This document shows, piece after piece, positions 9,476-20,344 of a stretch of 64,000 nt of DNA. How positions within the stretch are numbered: the stretch's first letter is position 1; the number at the start of each line of letters is the position of its first letter. The translations under genes were made by a program, and so were the position numbers. The notes under the pieces were generated by a model. That model ran no database searches. It saw nothing but the letters and a program-made list of their open reading frames with translations, and was not told the DNA's origin. Origin of the DNA: a virus (Duplodnaviria; Caudoviricetes); IMG/VR virus record IMGVR_UViG_3300010340_001609, positions 1 to 64,000 of that record. One strand, written 5' to 3'.

Positions 9476-10621
9476 TTAATAATCTATTCTAACAGTCAAT
9501 TGCAATGATCTTGTTGAATCTTTGTAAACTGGTCTGTTAGTTTTGCCAATCGCAATTAAATTATTATTTGCATCATAAAAGCCTACAGAAGTAAACATTA
9601 CAAAAGATTTTTGGATATCTTCTTGACCTTGTTCTATTACTACTATTCGTCCATTTGAATCAACAAATGACGGATTAGATGAGTAATTGAAATTTGCGTA
9701 TGGTAATTGAACAGTAATGTATGAGCTGTTTAGTATAGTTTGATTTTGGAATGCAATTGATGTATATGAAGATGAACCAAATCTAGTTGAAGCAACATGA
9801 TCTATTACTTCATCAACTGATCCACTTATTAATAATTGATTAAAATTTCCGCTAAAGGCAGTTGTTCCTGAAACAGAAACGGCATCAATGCTCCCAGTCA
9901 TTGCAAGTGAAGTATCAAAAATTCTTTGCGTGTCTAGTACAGCGATACCCTTGTCAAGATAAAGTAGTCCAACAGGATAACTTGTATTACTACTATCAAC
10001 TATAGTTGAGTATCCACCTCCAAAACTAAATTCTTGATTGGTTGAAGATCCAATATCTGTGTATATTTTTTCAACGGTTGCAGAGCCACTTAAATTACCG
10101 CTAGATGTAGTTAATAATTTAATTGCAAATGTCTCACGTTTAATTCTATCTCTAACAAATAATCTCTTGAATGTTATAAATAATGGTTCTCTTATTGTTG
10201 TAGTAGTAGAACCAGAAGAAATAGAAAACTCACTATCAGGATTTCCAAGAAGAGTTTGAGCCATTTCTCTATAGCGATCTATTTTTTCTCTCATCATTAA
10301 TGATTGACTGGGGAAATACATTTGGCCAGTTAAACTATCTTGAGATAACATCGTTGAAGTTACCAACGAAGAACTTTTCGCCAATCCAAAAGTCATATCA
10401 AAAACAGCATTCGCTGTGGGCAATGTGAAATTTTGATCATATATAGTCTGATATAGGCTCGAAGTAACACTGCTTGCACTCAATGCGCCAGTAACAAAAT
10501 GTTGATATTTTCTTCTAGAACTTGAAGAAGAAATATCTGATCCAATAAAATCAATGACTAGATCTAATCCATCATTATTGTTTGCAAAATCAGCGTTGGT
10601 TAATTCTTGAAATATAGGCAT
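9476..10621 (-). CDS. virion structural protein (baseplate/tail)
   Basis: S/T/G-rich beta protein; C-terminal TSVGFYDANNNLIAIGKTNRPVYK motif; within structural operon. Confidence 0.7.
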   Translation of the reverse strand: MPIFQELTNADFANNNDGLDLVIDFIGSDISSSSSRRKYQHFVTGALSASSVTSSLYQTIYDQNFTLPTANAVFDMTFGLAKSSSLVTSTMLSQDSLTGQMYFPSQSLMMREKIDRYREMAQTLLGNPDSEFSISSGSTTTTIREPLFITFKRLFVRDRIKRETFAIKLLTTSSGNLSGSATVEKIYTDIGSSTNQEFSFGGGYSTIVDSSNTSYPVGLLYLDKGIAVLDTQRIFDTSLAMTGSIDAVSVSGTTAFSGNFNQLLISGSVDEVIDHVASTRFGSSSYTSIAFQNQTILNSSYITVQLPYANFNYSSNPSFVDSNGRIVVIEQGQEDIQKSFVMFTSVGFYDANNNLIAIGKTNRPVYKDSTRSLQLTVRIDY

Positions 10622-10635
10622 TATTTACTCTCTAA

Positions 10636-11349
10636 TTATTCTGTTTTCGAAATTTGAACTTGGAACTGTTTTGTTGCGCCGCTTGCAGTACCTGTTATGA
10701 CTATATAAGTATTTATTAAAGATTTGTTATTTCTTGCGCCATATATAGTGAAATAACTTTCAGGAATACTATTAACTCCTAAAGTAAAAGTCAAACGAGT
10801 GCCCCCAAGAGAATTTTCTCCAGAATCTCTATCTAAAAGATAACTCGCTCTTCTCAAAGCATCTAAATTATCTGGTTGTTTGCCAACAATGTTCAAAAAT
10901 CTTGAATCTAATGAGATTAAAAATGTTTGATCTCTTAATTCTGGATCAATTGAAACTTCTTCTCTAATTGTTTGTTCCAGAGAAATTGTTCTAGTTCTTG
11001 TTGAAACATTACCAATTGATAAAATATTTGAAGTTGAATCAAAACCAACTCCTTGAAGGGAAATTATTGGCAATCTTAGAAGATTTGGATTTGAAATAGA
11101 AATACATTTATATTTTTGGGCATAACTACCATTTGCTAATGCTTCAAAAACAGGTGTGTTTTTTTCTATTTTTTCGACACCGATTGTTCGTCCATATTTT
11201 TGTATAATTGTGTAATCAACCTCATCATCTCCAATCGCAAATTTAGAGATTCTAAATGAACCGTCTCCTCTTGCTATTAATTCTCTGCCTTTTAATGTTA
11301 AAACAGTATCAATTGTTATATTTGCCGTTGTTGAATCTAAAATACCCAT
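10636..11349 (-). CDS. virion structural protein (baseplate-associated)
   Basis: N-terminal IDTVLTLKGRELIA..ISKFAIGDDEVDY resembles tail-fibre-anchor/baseplate N-termini of large myophages. Confidence 0.7.
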   Translation of the reverse strand: MGILDSTTANITIDTVLTLKGRELIARGDGSFRISKFAIGDDEVDYTIIQKYGRTIGVEKIEKNTPVFEALANGSYAQKYKCISISNPNLLRLPIISLQGVGFDSTSNILSIGNVSTRTRTISLEQTIREEVSIDPELRDQTFLISLDSRFLNIVGKQPDNLDALRRASYLLDRDSGENSLGGTRLTFTLGVNSIPESYFTIYGARNNKSLINTYIVITGTASGATKQFQVQISKTE

Positions 11350-11388
11350 TTTTAATCTAAAGATAAATAAGTGAGTAAATAAAATGTA

Positions 11389-13320
11389 TTATTGTTTTTT
11401 AAATAATGAATTTATTTTTTTATCAATGTAACCTATAGATTGACCTTCTTCAGATAATTTTAATCCATTTCTTTTTTCAGAATTAAGTTTTCTTTTAACC
11501 AAAGTTCTGTTAATAGATGAATCAATTGGATCTTTTATTATGTTTTCAGTTTTATCGTTTAATTTTATTGTTAATATTTCTTGCTGATTAACATCTAAAT
11601 TTATTAATTGTATTTGATAACAATTTTGATTTGTCTCACTATTCAAAGCCAATAATTCTAATTCATTATCAAATTTATTGAATAATTTCAAATATTCTGG
11701 GTTAAAATATATTTCCATTGTATTCGCATATTCACTTTTTAAACTGTCAGTGAAAGCATCTTGATTAATTAATATGTTTGGGTACGCTTTGGGTGCCCCG
11801 CTTGCAGATAAGACATTAACATTTAATTTATTAATGATTTTGTCAAATTTTATTTTATATTGAGTTGAATAATTTGAAGAAATTCCATGCGCATCAATTG
11901 AAACTAAAGAGTAAATAAAAGTTTTTTTCCCATTGAAATCATAATCGAAATAAATTGTTTTTGGTCCTGAAAGTTTTTCTACCAATGTTTCTAAAGGAAA
12001 CTCCGCTGAAATTTCTTTAATTTCCGAATCATCAAAATCATATTCTTTTAAAAGTTCAAATGGTTCATTTATTGATTCTCTTCTAAAAACTTGAAATTTT
12101 TTTATGTCTCTTTGTGTGTTTATTGGCAAATTCCATGATATTTTTAATGCTTTTTCTTCTGGAATATATTTGAAAATAATATCTTGTGGAGGAGGTGGTG
12201 GAGTAAGTTCTTTGCAATGTATTAAAGTTGAACCCGTTGGTTTGCTTGCGACTAGTATCCCCAGGGCACTAGAAAGTCCAGTTGATTCATCTATCCCTTC
12301 TACTTCGACATAAAAAACTGTTCTGATATTATATGAATATAATGCACCATATTTGATTTCAACATCCAAAAAATTATTTTTATTTTTAGATTCTAAAACA
12401 ATAATAGGATATATAGTTTGTGTCCCATCTGAAAGATATTCCGTTTTTTCAATTAAATAACCCACTGATTGGACAATAGAGTCATGAACGGAAGCGAAAA
12501 TTGGTTTTTGTGTAATATAATTTTCTATTTCCATTTCATATTCATCAACACTGATTCTCGTTGAATCAGAATTTAATTTTGCTTCTTGTTGAATTTTTTG
12601 AGCTTCTGTTTTAAAATTTAAAAATTCATTTTGATTTGGATTTAATAGATTTATATTTGAATTGTATTCAATAAGATCTCCAATTAATTTATTGTTAATT
12701 TGAAAATCTGTTTTGATATTTGAAATTAATCTATTATATTCATTTGAATCTATTTCTTTCATTTTGTCATCAAAGAAAGAAATTCCATATTCTGATGGTT
12801 TAAAACCTAATGAAATAATTTCTGGTTTAATTGAAATGTTAGTTTCCGCATTCGTTCTTCTAACCATTTCGGCACTCGATGAACCAGTTAAATTAGAATC
12901 AATCGAATTTAATAAGGTTTCAGAAAATAATTGTATTTTTTTATCTGGTGAATAATCTTGTATTTCCAAAACAGAAAATGTTTCATAGCTATAATCATCT
13001 TCATAATAAATTGATTTTAAATTATTTTTTATTTTTATATTTTCACTTATTTCTGTATTATTGCCAATATTAACTGGCGTCCAGGTTAAAACGTTATATC
13101 TTGGTATTCTTGAGTTAAAATCATTAATTTGTGAAATGTTTAAAGGCGCATCAGATGTGTTGAGGTTGTTGAAATTTTTTGGAAGATTAGTATTTGAAAT
13201 ATTTGATCTTTCATCTTTGGTGAAAAAATTATATTGAAATTTAACATTAAGATTTTCAACTTCTTTAACATCTATAATTGATATTTTTTTCGATGGCAGA
13301 GTTATTTGTTTTGTAAACAT
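11389..13320 (-). CDS. putative virion protein with fibronectin III-like domains
   Basis: PPPPPQDI..LKISWNLP..KKFQVFRR..YSLVSIDAHGISSNYS Fn3-like pattern. Confidence 0.6.
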   Translation of the reverse strand: MFTKQITLPSKKISIIDVKEVENLNVKFQYNFFTKDERSNISNTNLPKNFNNLNTSDAPLNISQINDFNSRIPRYNVLTWTPVNIGNNTEISENIKIKNNLKSIYYEDDYSYETFSVLEIQDYSPDKKIQLFSETLLNSIDSNLTGSSSAEMVRRTNAETNISIKPEIISLGFKPSEYGISFFDDKMKEIDSNEYNRLISNIKTDFQINNKLIGDLIEYNSNINLLNPNQNEFLNFKTEAQKIQQEAKLNSDSTRISVDEYEMEIENYITQKPIFASVHDSIVQSVGYLIEKTEYLSDGTQTIYPIIVLESKNKNNFLDVEIKYGALYSYNIRTVFYVEVEGIDESTGLSSALGILVASKPTGSTLIHCKELTPPPPPQDIIFKYIPEEKALKISWNLPINTQRDIKKFQVFRRESINEPFELLKEYDFDDSEIKEISAEFPLETLVEKLSGPKTIYFDYDFNGKKTFIYSLVSIDAHGISSNYSTQYKIKFDKIINKLNVNVLSASGAPKAYPNILINQDAFTDSLKSEYANTMEIYFNPEYLKLFNKFDNELELLALNSETNQNCYQIQLINLDVNQQEILTIKLNDKTENIIKDPIDSSINRTLVKRKLNSEKRNGLKLSEEGQSIGYIDKKINSLFKKQ

Positions 13321-16170
13321 TTATTCTATTACCTCTATAGCTACATAATATTCATCCATAAAAGCATCATTTTTAGGAATTAAAAAGGATTTATCTCCAT
13401 TTTTAATTATTCTTTTTCCTATCGAATCATTTCCAAGCACTCTTTCTGGTGTTTCTTCAATGTTGATTTCAAATTCACTAGGATCTATTAAAATATTAAA
13501 AATTTTGTCAAAAGTTTTTGGTGTAAAAATCATTGAATCTATTAATGTTTTGTTGCAAACTCCAACGGTTTTTTGAAGTAGTAATACACTATCTTTTATT
13601 GAAGATTTAATTAAGGGATTTTGATAAAACTGTTCTAAAGAACTTATCGGTGGAATGTTGAATAAGTTTAAATATAAGTTTATTAAAGGAATAAACTGGG
13701 TGTCTTGTCTATAATTGTATGATATTATTGGGTAAGTTCCTTCAAATTGATCAAATCCCGTACTTAATAATAAGTGTTTGTTCAGCAAAAAAGAAATAAT
13801 CGTATTGTTATAAAGCGTCTCTTTTTCTTGCGGAAGCAATTTGTTGTATTTTTCTTGGTTTAAAAAATCTTGTTTTGAAAGTTTTTTATCAATTAAAGAA
13901 GTCGTATCATTTAATTTAATGAAATTATTTAAATTAATAAAATTTTCATATGGATCAATTTCTAATGTCTCATCGTAATCAACAACTGATAGATTCATAT
14001 CAAATAAAAATTGTTTTGGTTTATAAATAATTTCTTCATCTAATAAATTTCGTTTGTAAACGTTTATTTTAATAATAGTATTTTCCACTTTAAAATCAAC
14101 GACCTGTTCTTGACCAGAAATTGCAGATAGTTTATTCAATCTTCCTCTCAATGAATCTATAAAACCATATGGGATACCGACTGACAATAGTTTTTGTTTT
14201 TCATTTTTTTTATAAAAGTTATTAAATGATAAGAGATGATAATATTCATTTTCAGATATTTTATCTTTAGTAAAAAAATTATTTTTTGCCTGATTTAAAA
14301 TTGACTGACTTATTTTATATTGTGTTTTATTAATTAATCCTTGATTTTGATTAATAAATGTTTTATCTTGACTTGAAAAAGACGCAAATAAATTTACAAC
14401 TGATTTTTTAATCAAATTAAAGTTGAGTGATATGCTGTCGAAAATTGATAAAATATTCTTAATAAATGTATCTTCTTCTTGCAATGTATTGATTAGTTGT
14501 TTGTAATTTTGATAAAAAGTATCAAATTTTCTTATGTATTCTTGATCTGAAAAAATTAAAGAATCACCAAAAGGAATTAATTGAGATTGATTTGTTGATT
14601 GATTTGTATATTCAACATTTGAAACGGTTGCAAATGAAACTAAAGATGTGGTTTCTATTTCTGATATAGCTTTTTCAATGGCTTTTGATGAAGCTTTTAA
14701 AAATTTAATGTTATATAAGATACCAAATAATTTACCATTTTCAATATCAAATTTTACAGATACGAATTTATTTATTAACGAACAAAAACCTTCAAATAAA
14801 ACCAATAAAATGTAAGATAAACTAACATTTAAATAACTTGATAAAGTTGATTGTTCATTAATACTAAAAGGTTTCGAATTTTCATAAAAAGTTAATGAAA
14901 GATCTATAAAATCTTTGAAAAAATTAGGTTTGTTTGAAGTGGTTGCACTTACTGTATCTGTTAAAATTTTATTTATTAGATTAGGATTTGATAAATAAAA
15001 ACTTGAAAATCCATCGGTTCTAATTGGAGGCGAAAAATTGCCATCTGTATTAATTTGTAATGTTGAATTTTGAGTTAAATATTCCGTAATATAGTTTCCA
15101 ATTTTTATAGCTAATGCATTTGCAGCAAGCTTAATATTTGAACTTTGATCAGTTGTTAAAGTCAAATCAATTGGAATGTCCACAGCAGACAAAACAGAGG
15201 TTGTCTTTAATTCACTTTTTAATTTCTTAAATAATTCAGGACTAGAATCCCCAGTTACTCTGGAGAGGCCAAGTAAAATACAAAATTGATACAAATAGAG
15301 CTTTAAGACTTTATCTGTATTAGCTAATGAAAAAATTGCTGGAATTAATATAGTTTCAGGTGAAACTGCTGTTGCTGTTGTGTTATTTAATGTGTTTTTA
15401 AGAGTTTCAAATATTTGTTTTATAACATTTTGAGGAATTAATTTATTTGTGCTATTGTAAAAATCAAATATTTCGTTATAAACAGTTTGAGTATTTGAGA
15501 CTTTTGTTGAAAAATCTTCACCAAATGATATAAAACTAAACGAATCTAGATTTGTTAAAAGCGAGTTTTTAAAATAAATGCTGCCTGGCACATATTCTGT
15601 TTCACCATCATCTACTATTGTGTTTTCAAATGGTAAAACCTTTATTGATGGATTAGTTGTATCGTTTAATAATAATGTGCTGGCAATTGTCCCCGATCCT
15701 AATGGACTCGAAAAAATATCGGAAGGAATCGTTCCTAAAATGTTATCAAATGGATTAAAATCAGTTGATGGAGAATATACTCTGGTAAGTAAATTTTTAA
15801 CATTTGGTTTATTTAAACCTTTTGAAATTCTTAAAATTCTTGAAAAAACGTGAAATAATAATTTTGATCTATCTAAAGAATCTGTAGGTAATGAATTTAA
15901 AAAATTAAAAAAATTATCTTCTTGTGTTCCAAGTTTTGGTAATCCTCCATTTATTTTTGTGCTTAATGAGTTAATGTCAAAATTAAAATTATTAGTCTTA
16001 ACATAAGATGTATCAAGTTTCACTGAATTAACATCTGATACTCTATCTAAATCTCTAAAATTTAAAAGATTAATACTATAAGACTCAGAAGCTGATCTTA
16101 AATCAAATAATAATTGATATAGAATTTTCGTATCCGAAAATGTGTTAAATGAATTTAAGCTGTAACCCAT
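13321..16170 (-). CDS. large putative virion protein, C-terminal part (probably one gene with 16155..16937)
   Basis: 949 aa; its frame stays open about 55 nt upstream of the ATG, overlapping the upstream ORF in the -1 frame. Confidence 0.65.
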   Translation of the reverse strand: MGYSLNSFNTFSDTKILYQLLFDLRSASESYSINLLNFRDLDRVSDVNSVKLDTSYVKTNNFNFDINSLSTKINGGLPKLGTQEDNFFNFLNSLPTDSLDRSKLLFHVFSRILRISKGLNKPNVKNLLTRVYSPSTDFNPFDNILGTIPSDIFSSPLGSGTIASTLLLNDTTNPSIKVLPFENTIVDDGETEYVPGSIYFKNSLLTNLDSFSFISFGEDFSTKVSNTQTVYNEIFDFYNSTNKLIPQNVIKQIFETLKNTLNNTTATAVSPETILIPAIFSLANTDKVLKLYLYQFCILLGLSRVTGDSSPELFKKLKSELKTTSVLSAVDIPIDLTLTTDQSSNIKLAANALAIKIGNYITEYLTQNSTLQINTDGNFSPPIRTDGFSSFYLSNPNLINKILTDTVSATTSNKPNFFKDFIDLSLTFYENSKPFSINEQSTLSSYLNVSLSYILLVLFEGFCSLINKFVSVKFDIENGKLFGILYNIKFLKASSKAIEKAISEIETTSLVSFATVSNVEYTNQSTNQSQLIPFGDSLIFSDQEYIRKFDTFYQNYKQLINTLQEEDTFIKNILSIFDSISLNFNLIKKSVVNLFASFSSQDKTFINQNQGLINKTQYKISQSILNQAKNNFFTKDKISENEYYHLLSFNNFYKKNEKQKLLSVGIPYGFIDSLRGRLNKLSAISGQEQVVDFKVENTIIKINVYKRNLLDEEIIYKPKQFLFDMNLSVVDYDETLEIDPYENFINLNNFIKLNDTTSLIDKKLSKQDFLNQEKYNKLLPQEKETLYNNTIISFLLNKHLLLSTGFDQFEGTYPIISYNYRQDTQFIPLINLYLNLFNIPPISSLEQFYQNPLIKSSIKDSVLLLQKTVGVCNKTLIDSMIFTPKTFDKIFNILIDPSEFEINIEETPERVLGNDSIGKRIIKNGDKSFLIPKNDAFMDEYYVAIEVIE

Positions 16171-16937
16171 TTTTCTATTAAAAAATTCTTCGATTGATAA
16201 AAGTCCATTAATTTTAAATATTCTTTATTTAATTCTTTCGGCTGAAACGCTTTATCAATAGATTCAAAAATATTTAAAAGAGTTTCAATTAGTTTTAATT
16301 TTTTTTCTTCGTTAGAAATAAATGTATTATATTCATTTTTTAATTTTACAAATTCTGTTTTTATTGTTGATTTACTTTCTAGTAAAATTTGCAAATTTTT
16401 ATTTGTCTGATCTCTTAATTTTGTGAGCTGAAATTTATAATCAAAAAAATATCCTAAATCATTAAATTTTAAATTATCAACATTTTGAAATATTGATTTA
16501 AAATCAAAAAGTGAAATAATTTCTGGTCTTTGTGAGGCAAATCCTTTGACTGCATCAATATTAAATTGACTATTCAAAAAACTATTTGATGGCAAACTTA
16601 AAGAATCAGGTTTAAAAGATAAATCTTGAACTATTTTTTCTTTTCTTGTTTTTGCAGTATTTGAAACTTTTACACTTGGATTAACAGTTGTCGCTGGAGA
16701 AATTTGTGTTAAAGAAAATGGATTTGTTTCAGGTTTTCTTGCGGCTTCAATAATTTCCTTGCTAATTACGACATTTGCTGATGAACCTAATACGCCCGCA
16801 GAGATATTTGTCCCTGGTTTGACGGTTTCAGCAATCGATTTAATATTCGTCGGCAAAACAGCTTGAGTAGACAGGTTTCCGTTACTGACATTTTTAGTTC
16901 CACTGCGGATTCCTATTCCGTTATTTACAATACCCAT
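16155..16937 (-). CDS. putative virion protein, N-terminal part of probable frameshifted gene
   Basis: 260 aa; ends 16 nt inside the next ORF. Confidence 0.6.
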   Translation of the reverse strand: MGIVNNGIGIRSGTKNVSNGNLSTQAVLPTNIKSIAETVKPGTNISAGVLGSSANVVISKEIIEAARKPETNPFSLTQISPATTVNPSVKVSNTAKTRKEKIVQDLSFKPDSLSLPSNSFLNSQFNIDAVKGFASQRPEIISLFDFKSIFQNVDNLKFNDLGYFFDYKFQLTKLRDQTNKNLQILLESKSTIKTEFVKLKNEYNTFISNEEKKLKLIETLLNIFESIDKAFQPKELNKEYLKLMDFYQSKNFLIEKWVTA

Positions 16938-16941
16938 ATCA

Positions 16942-19326
16942 TTATATAATGATAGTATTTGTTATAATTTCTTGACCTAAAGAGTAATCAAAATAAACAG
17001 GAATTATAGAATATGAAACTTGTCCTTTTTCTTTATTTAAAATATCTAAATATTCAAATCTATTAGAATCAGAAACTGCATGTGCTGCCCCACAAATTTT
17101 TTTATTTCCAAGTTGGTTTAATAAAATAATGAAATGGTCAATTTTATCTGTATTTCCATCGACAATCCAAGAAATTAAATTTTCATTTTCATTAATTGCT
17201 AATGTTAAAGTTTCTTTAATTGATGGTAAGATATTTGTAAAATCAGCCTCAACTTGGATAATTTCAGATGATGGCCCAAAGGAAAAATCTGTTTCAGCAT
17301 GTTGTTCTTTTATGCTGTTTTCCGTAACAATAGTTCCATATTTTAAAGAATATGGATGCCTTGAGTAATAAGGCAAATAAGTGTATTCTGTTTTAGAATT
17401 ATTAACATTGACTTCTAAATTAGGAATCAATGTAGATGGGGTTCTAAAGTAAGTAAATACCTTGTATGTATATTTATAACCTGCTTCTATAGGTGTAATG
17501 CCAAGTTTTTTTCCTAAAACAGAATCGTTGAATTTTGAATCTAGTACAATTCCAAAATCAGCCTCGTCCCCAGTTTGATTATTCGTTCTTAAAATTCGAT
17601 GAACAAAAGAGACGTTCAAATCTGTAGATTTAATATTGTCTTTAAATAAATCATAAACTCCTTGTTGTTTAAAAACATCAATCACAAGATTTGTTTTATT
17701 TTTTTCAACAGTCGTTGATAAATCAAATTCAACATTCAGCTGATTTGAATTTATTGAATTCTTTTGATTATTTATTTGAGTGTTAAGTATGTTTGTTTTT
17801 ATTTCTTTATTGTAAACATCCAACACTGAAACCCCTGGGATTTTTGTTCCGTCTTTTTTTATATATTCAATATAATATTGGATACTTATGTCTTTTTTGT
17901 TCCCAACGTCTTTGAATGATATAAAATTATTTTGAATTTTAGTCGGTCCAAAGATTAACTGCTTATTAGTTTGATTTTCTGTAAGTTTGAAAATCATTGC
18001 TGAAATTAAATTTTCATCTTCATTTACACAATCGATTACAATAGAATTATCTTCTTTTATTTCGTAATTCCATGTATTGGCTATACTTTTTTTTGTTAAA
18101 AATTCTTGTGATGTTACTGTTTTAGTTAAGTCCAAAATCACTGAATCAAATAAAAGACCTTTTTTAGAATCGTTAAATTCTGAAAAAGCTCTTAAAATAA
18201 TTTTTTTATTTAAGAGCTTATTTATTTCAAATTTTTTTTCACCATCAGAGTTTAATAAACTATATTTTCCTAAGAAATAATATTTTTGATTTTTTGAATT
18301 TAATTCTTTGTAATACAAGAGAACATCTGTCGCGAGTTTATCAACTTGTTTAATGTTAACAATTAATTTTTCTGTATTAGATCTAAATGCGGAAACAATT
18401 TTTGGAGCAAATTTTGGCAATGTAAAAATATCATAAAGTTTTTTATGATTAACAACTATTTCCTTTGTTGTTGTTGGTCTTCCATTTTCATCATACAATT
18501 CTATTTCAAAAAACAGTTCATTAAAATTTTCTAAATTTCTCTTATCTATTTCTAAATTTACAATAAAAGTTTTCTTTGTAGTTGTTAACTTAACAATTTC
18601 AGAAACAATTGTTTGATTTGAAACAAAATTTTTATTTGAATTTTGTTCTATAATAGATTTTTGCAATAAATTTAAATTGGAGTAGTTTACAACAGTACCA
18701 GCTTTTATTGTATTTAAATTTTTTATTCCATTTGTGCGTTGAAGTAAAATTGCTGGATCTTTATTTTCTTTTAAAAAATTCAACATTATTTTACTCGTAG
18801 CTAAAGAATCTGCCGTTAAATTTGTATTATAATTCGGTTTACTTTCTTTTAAAGATGTTACTCTTTGATCAATTGTCGATAAGTTATTTATTTCTACCGT
18901 TTGCTGAAATTTATTTTTTTTCGCATCTTCTAAATCTTTTAATGAAAGATTATCAAGAATTGAAAATGATTTTGTATAAAAAATATTTTCATCATTTTTG
19001 GTTAAATTGGTTTTTCTTATTGTTTGAATAGATAATAAATTATCTATTATTGTTTTATTAGCTAAATTTCCTTTGTTGTCTAGAAATTTATTAGGTTTAT
19101 TTGGTAATAATTTATCAATATTTATTATTGGCTGAATACTACTTTTTTTATTTTTATAAAGAAAAATCTTGCCATTTATGGTGTTATTTTTTGATATAGC
19201 TTCATTAATATCAATATCAAATTGCAATTGATAGCTAAAATAATCAGGAGTTACATCTTTTAATGTTGCAAATTTTTTTTCATCAACAAATAAAATTGTA
19301 TCAATTGCAGCATTTTTAAATTTCAT
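16942..19326 (-). CDS. putative virion structural protein (Ig/Fn3-like C-terminus)
   Basis: 794 aa; NLISWIVDG..IDHFII..YSIIPVYFDY Fn3-like end; structural context. Confidence 0.6.
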   Translation of the reverse strand: MKFKNAAIDTILFVDEKKFATLKDVTPDYFSYQLQFDIDINEAISKNNTINGKIFLYKNKKSSIQPIINIDKLLPNKPNKFLDNKGNLANKTIIDNLLSIQTIRKTNLTKNDENIFYTKSFSILDNLSLKDLEDAKKNKFQQTVEINNLSTIDQRVTSLKESKPNYNTNLTADSLATSKIMLNFLKENKDPAILLQRTNGIKNLNTIKAGTVVNYSNLNLLQKSIIEQNSNKNFVSNQTIVSEIVKLTTTKKTFIVNLEIDKRNLENFNELFFEIELYDENGRPTTTKEIVVNHKKLYDIFTLPKFAPKIVSAFRSNTEKLIVNIKQVDKLATDVLLYYKELNSKNQKYYFLGKYSLLNSDGEKKFEINKLLNKKIILRAFSEFNDSKKGLLFDSVILDLTKTVTSQEFLTKKSIANTWNYEIKEDNSIVIDCVNEDENLISAMIFKLTENQTNKQLIFGPTKIQNNFISFKDVGNKKDISIQYYIEYIKKDGTKIPGVSVLDVYNKEIKTNILNTQINNQKNSINSNQLNVEFDLSTTVEKNKTNLVIDVFKQQGVYDLFKDNIKSTDLNVSFVHRILRTNNQTGDEADFGIVLDSKFNDSVLGKKLGITPIEAGYKYTYKVFTYFRTPSTLIPNLEVNVNNSKTEYTYLPYYSRHPYSLKYGTIVTENSIKEQHAETDFSFGPSSEIIQVEADFTNILPSIKETLTLAINENENLISWIVDGNTDKIDHFIILLNQLGNKKICGAAHAVSDSNRFEYLDILNKEKGQVSYSIIPVYFDYSLGQEIITNTIII

Positions 19327-19341
19327 ACAATTAACTAGATT

Positions 19342-20313
19342 TTAGCTAAATACTAAAGTAAAAATGTTTATAAAAGTATGAGTATTATTATCATCTAAAA
19401 ACAATTTTCCAACAAAGTAAATTTGTCTATTTTTCTGAATCCCATTTTCTGTATATTGTTGATTTCCAAAATCAACAATATCCAATTTGGAAATATTTTT
19501 ATTGTTAATTTCGAAAATTTGACCAATAATTCTATTACTTTCAGATGCATTTGAAAAATTTATTTTTTGATATGATCCTCTAGCTTGAATTTTTTCAAAT
19601 TCTTCAGTTAGTTTTTGTTCTGTTAACTCTTCTTGATATCCAAAATTTGGATAAATCCCCAACGAAGAAGTTGTTGCCGAGAGTTTTTTATTTATTGGTG
19701 GTAAAAATTTAAAATTTGGTAAATTCGATAATCGTTTATCTATAAAAAGACTTTCAGCATCATTAATATTTGTTTCGAAAATTTCTTTTGAAACAATAAT
19801 AGGACTGTTTCTTGTAATATTAAATTCAATTGAATTTGTAGATAATTTAAAATCTACATTTTGATTATTAAAATTTTTTGTTTGTAAAATCGACAATTGT
19901 TTGTAATTGTTAAAACTTGTAGATAGGATTTGTTTTCCAAACTCAGATACAAGTGAAGCACTTACTTTTTGTAAAAATCCACCAGAAGTAAAATTAATTT
20001 GACCATTAATAACAGTAAAAGTTTCGTTGGAACCTGAAAGTCCAAGCACAGATGGAATTTTTAATTTACCACTATCATCCACACTAAAAATAATTGTATC
20101 TTGCGGTCTTCCTTTTGCTTCAAGGTTTAATCTTTTTGTGTTAAGCGTTTCATATGAGCCACTATCATATTGATCTAAGTTTGAGTAAAAAATACCAGCA
20201 TCAGAAAAAGAAGCATAATTGATTTTCAAAGCCCCTAATGACAGTTGTTTTTTTCCTTCATTGGTTAATTGAATATCTAAAATTCTTTCTTTTGGATTTA
20301 AAAACCCTGACAT
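19342..20313 (-). CDS. virion structural protein (N-terminus paralogous to 10636..11349)
   Basis: MSGFLNPKERILDIQLTNEGKKQLSLG..YASFSD aligns by eye with MGILD..IDTVLTLKGRELIARG..FAIGD. Confidence 0.6.
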   Translation of the reverse strand: MSGFLNPKERILDIQLTNEGKKQLSLGALKINYASFSDAGIFYSNLDQYDSGSYETLNTKRLNLEAKGRPQDTIIFSVDDSGKLKIPSVLGLSGSNETFTVINGQINFTSGGFLQKVSASLVSEFGKQILSTSFNNYKQLSILQTKNFNNQNVDFKLSTNSIEFNITRNSPIIVSKEIFETNINDAESLFIDKRLSNLPNFKFLPPINKKLSATTSSLGIYPNFGYQEELTEQKLTEEFEKIQARGSYQKINFSNASESNRIIGQIFEINNKNISKLDIVDFGNQQYTENGIQKNRQIYFVGKLFLDDNNTHTFINIFTLVFS

Positions 20314-20344
20314 AATTGTAAATACAAACTCATTATTTTATTTT

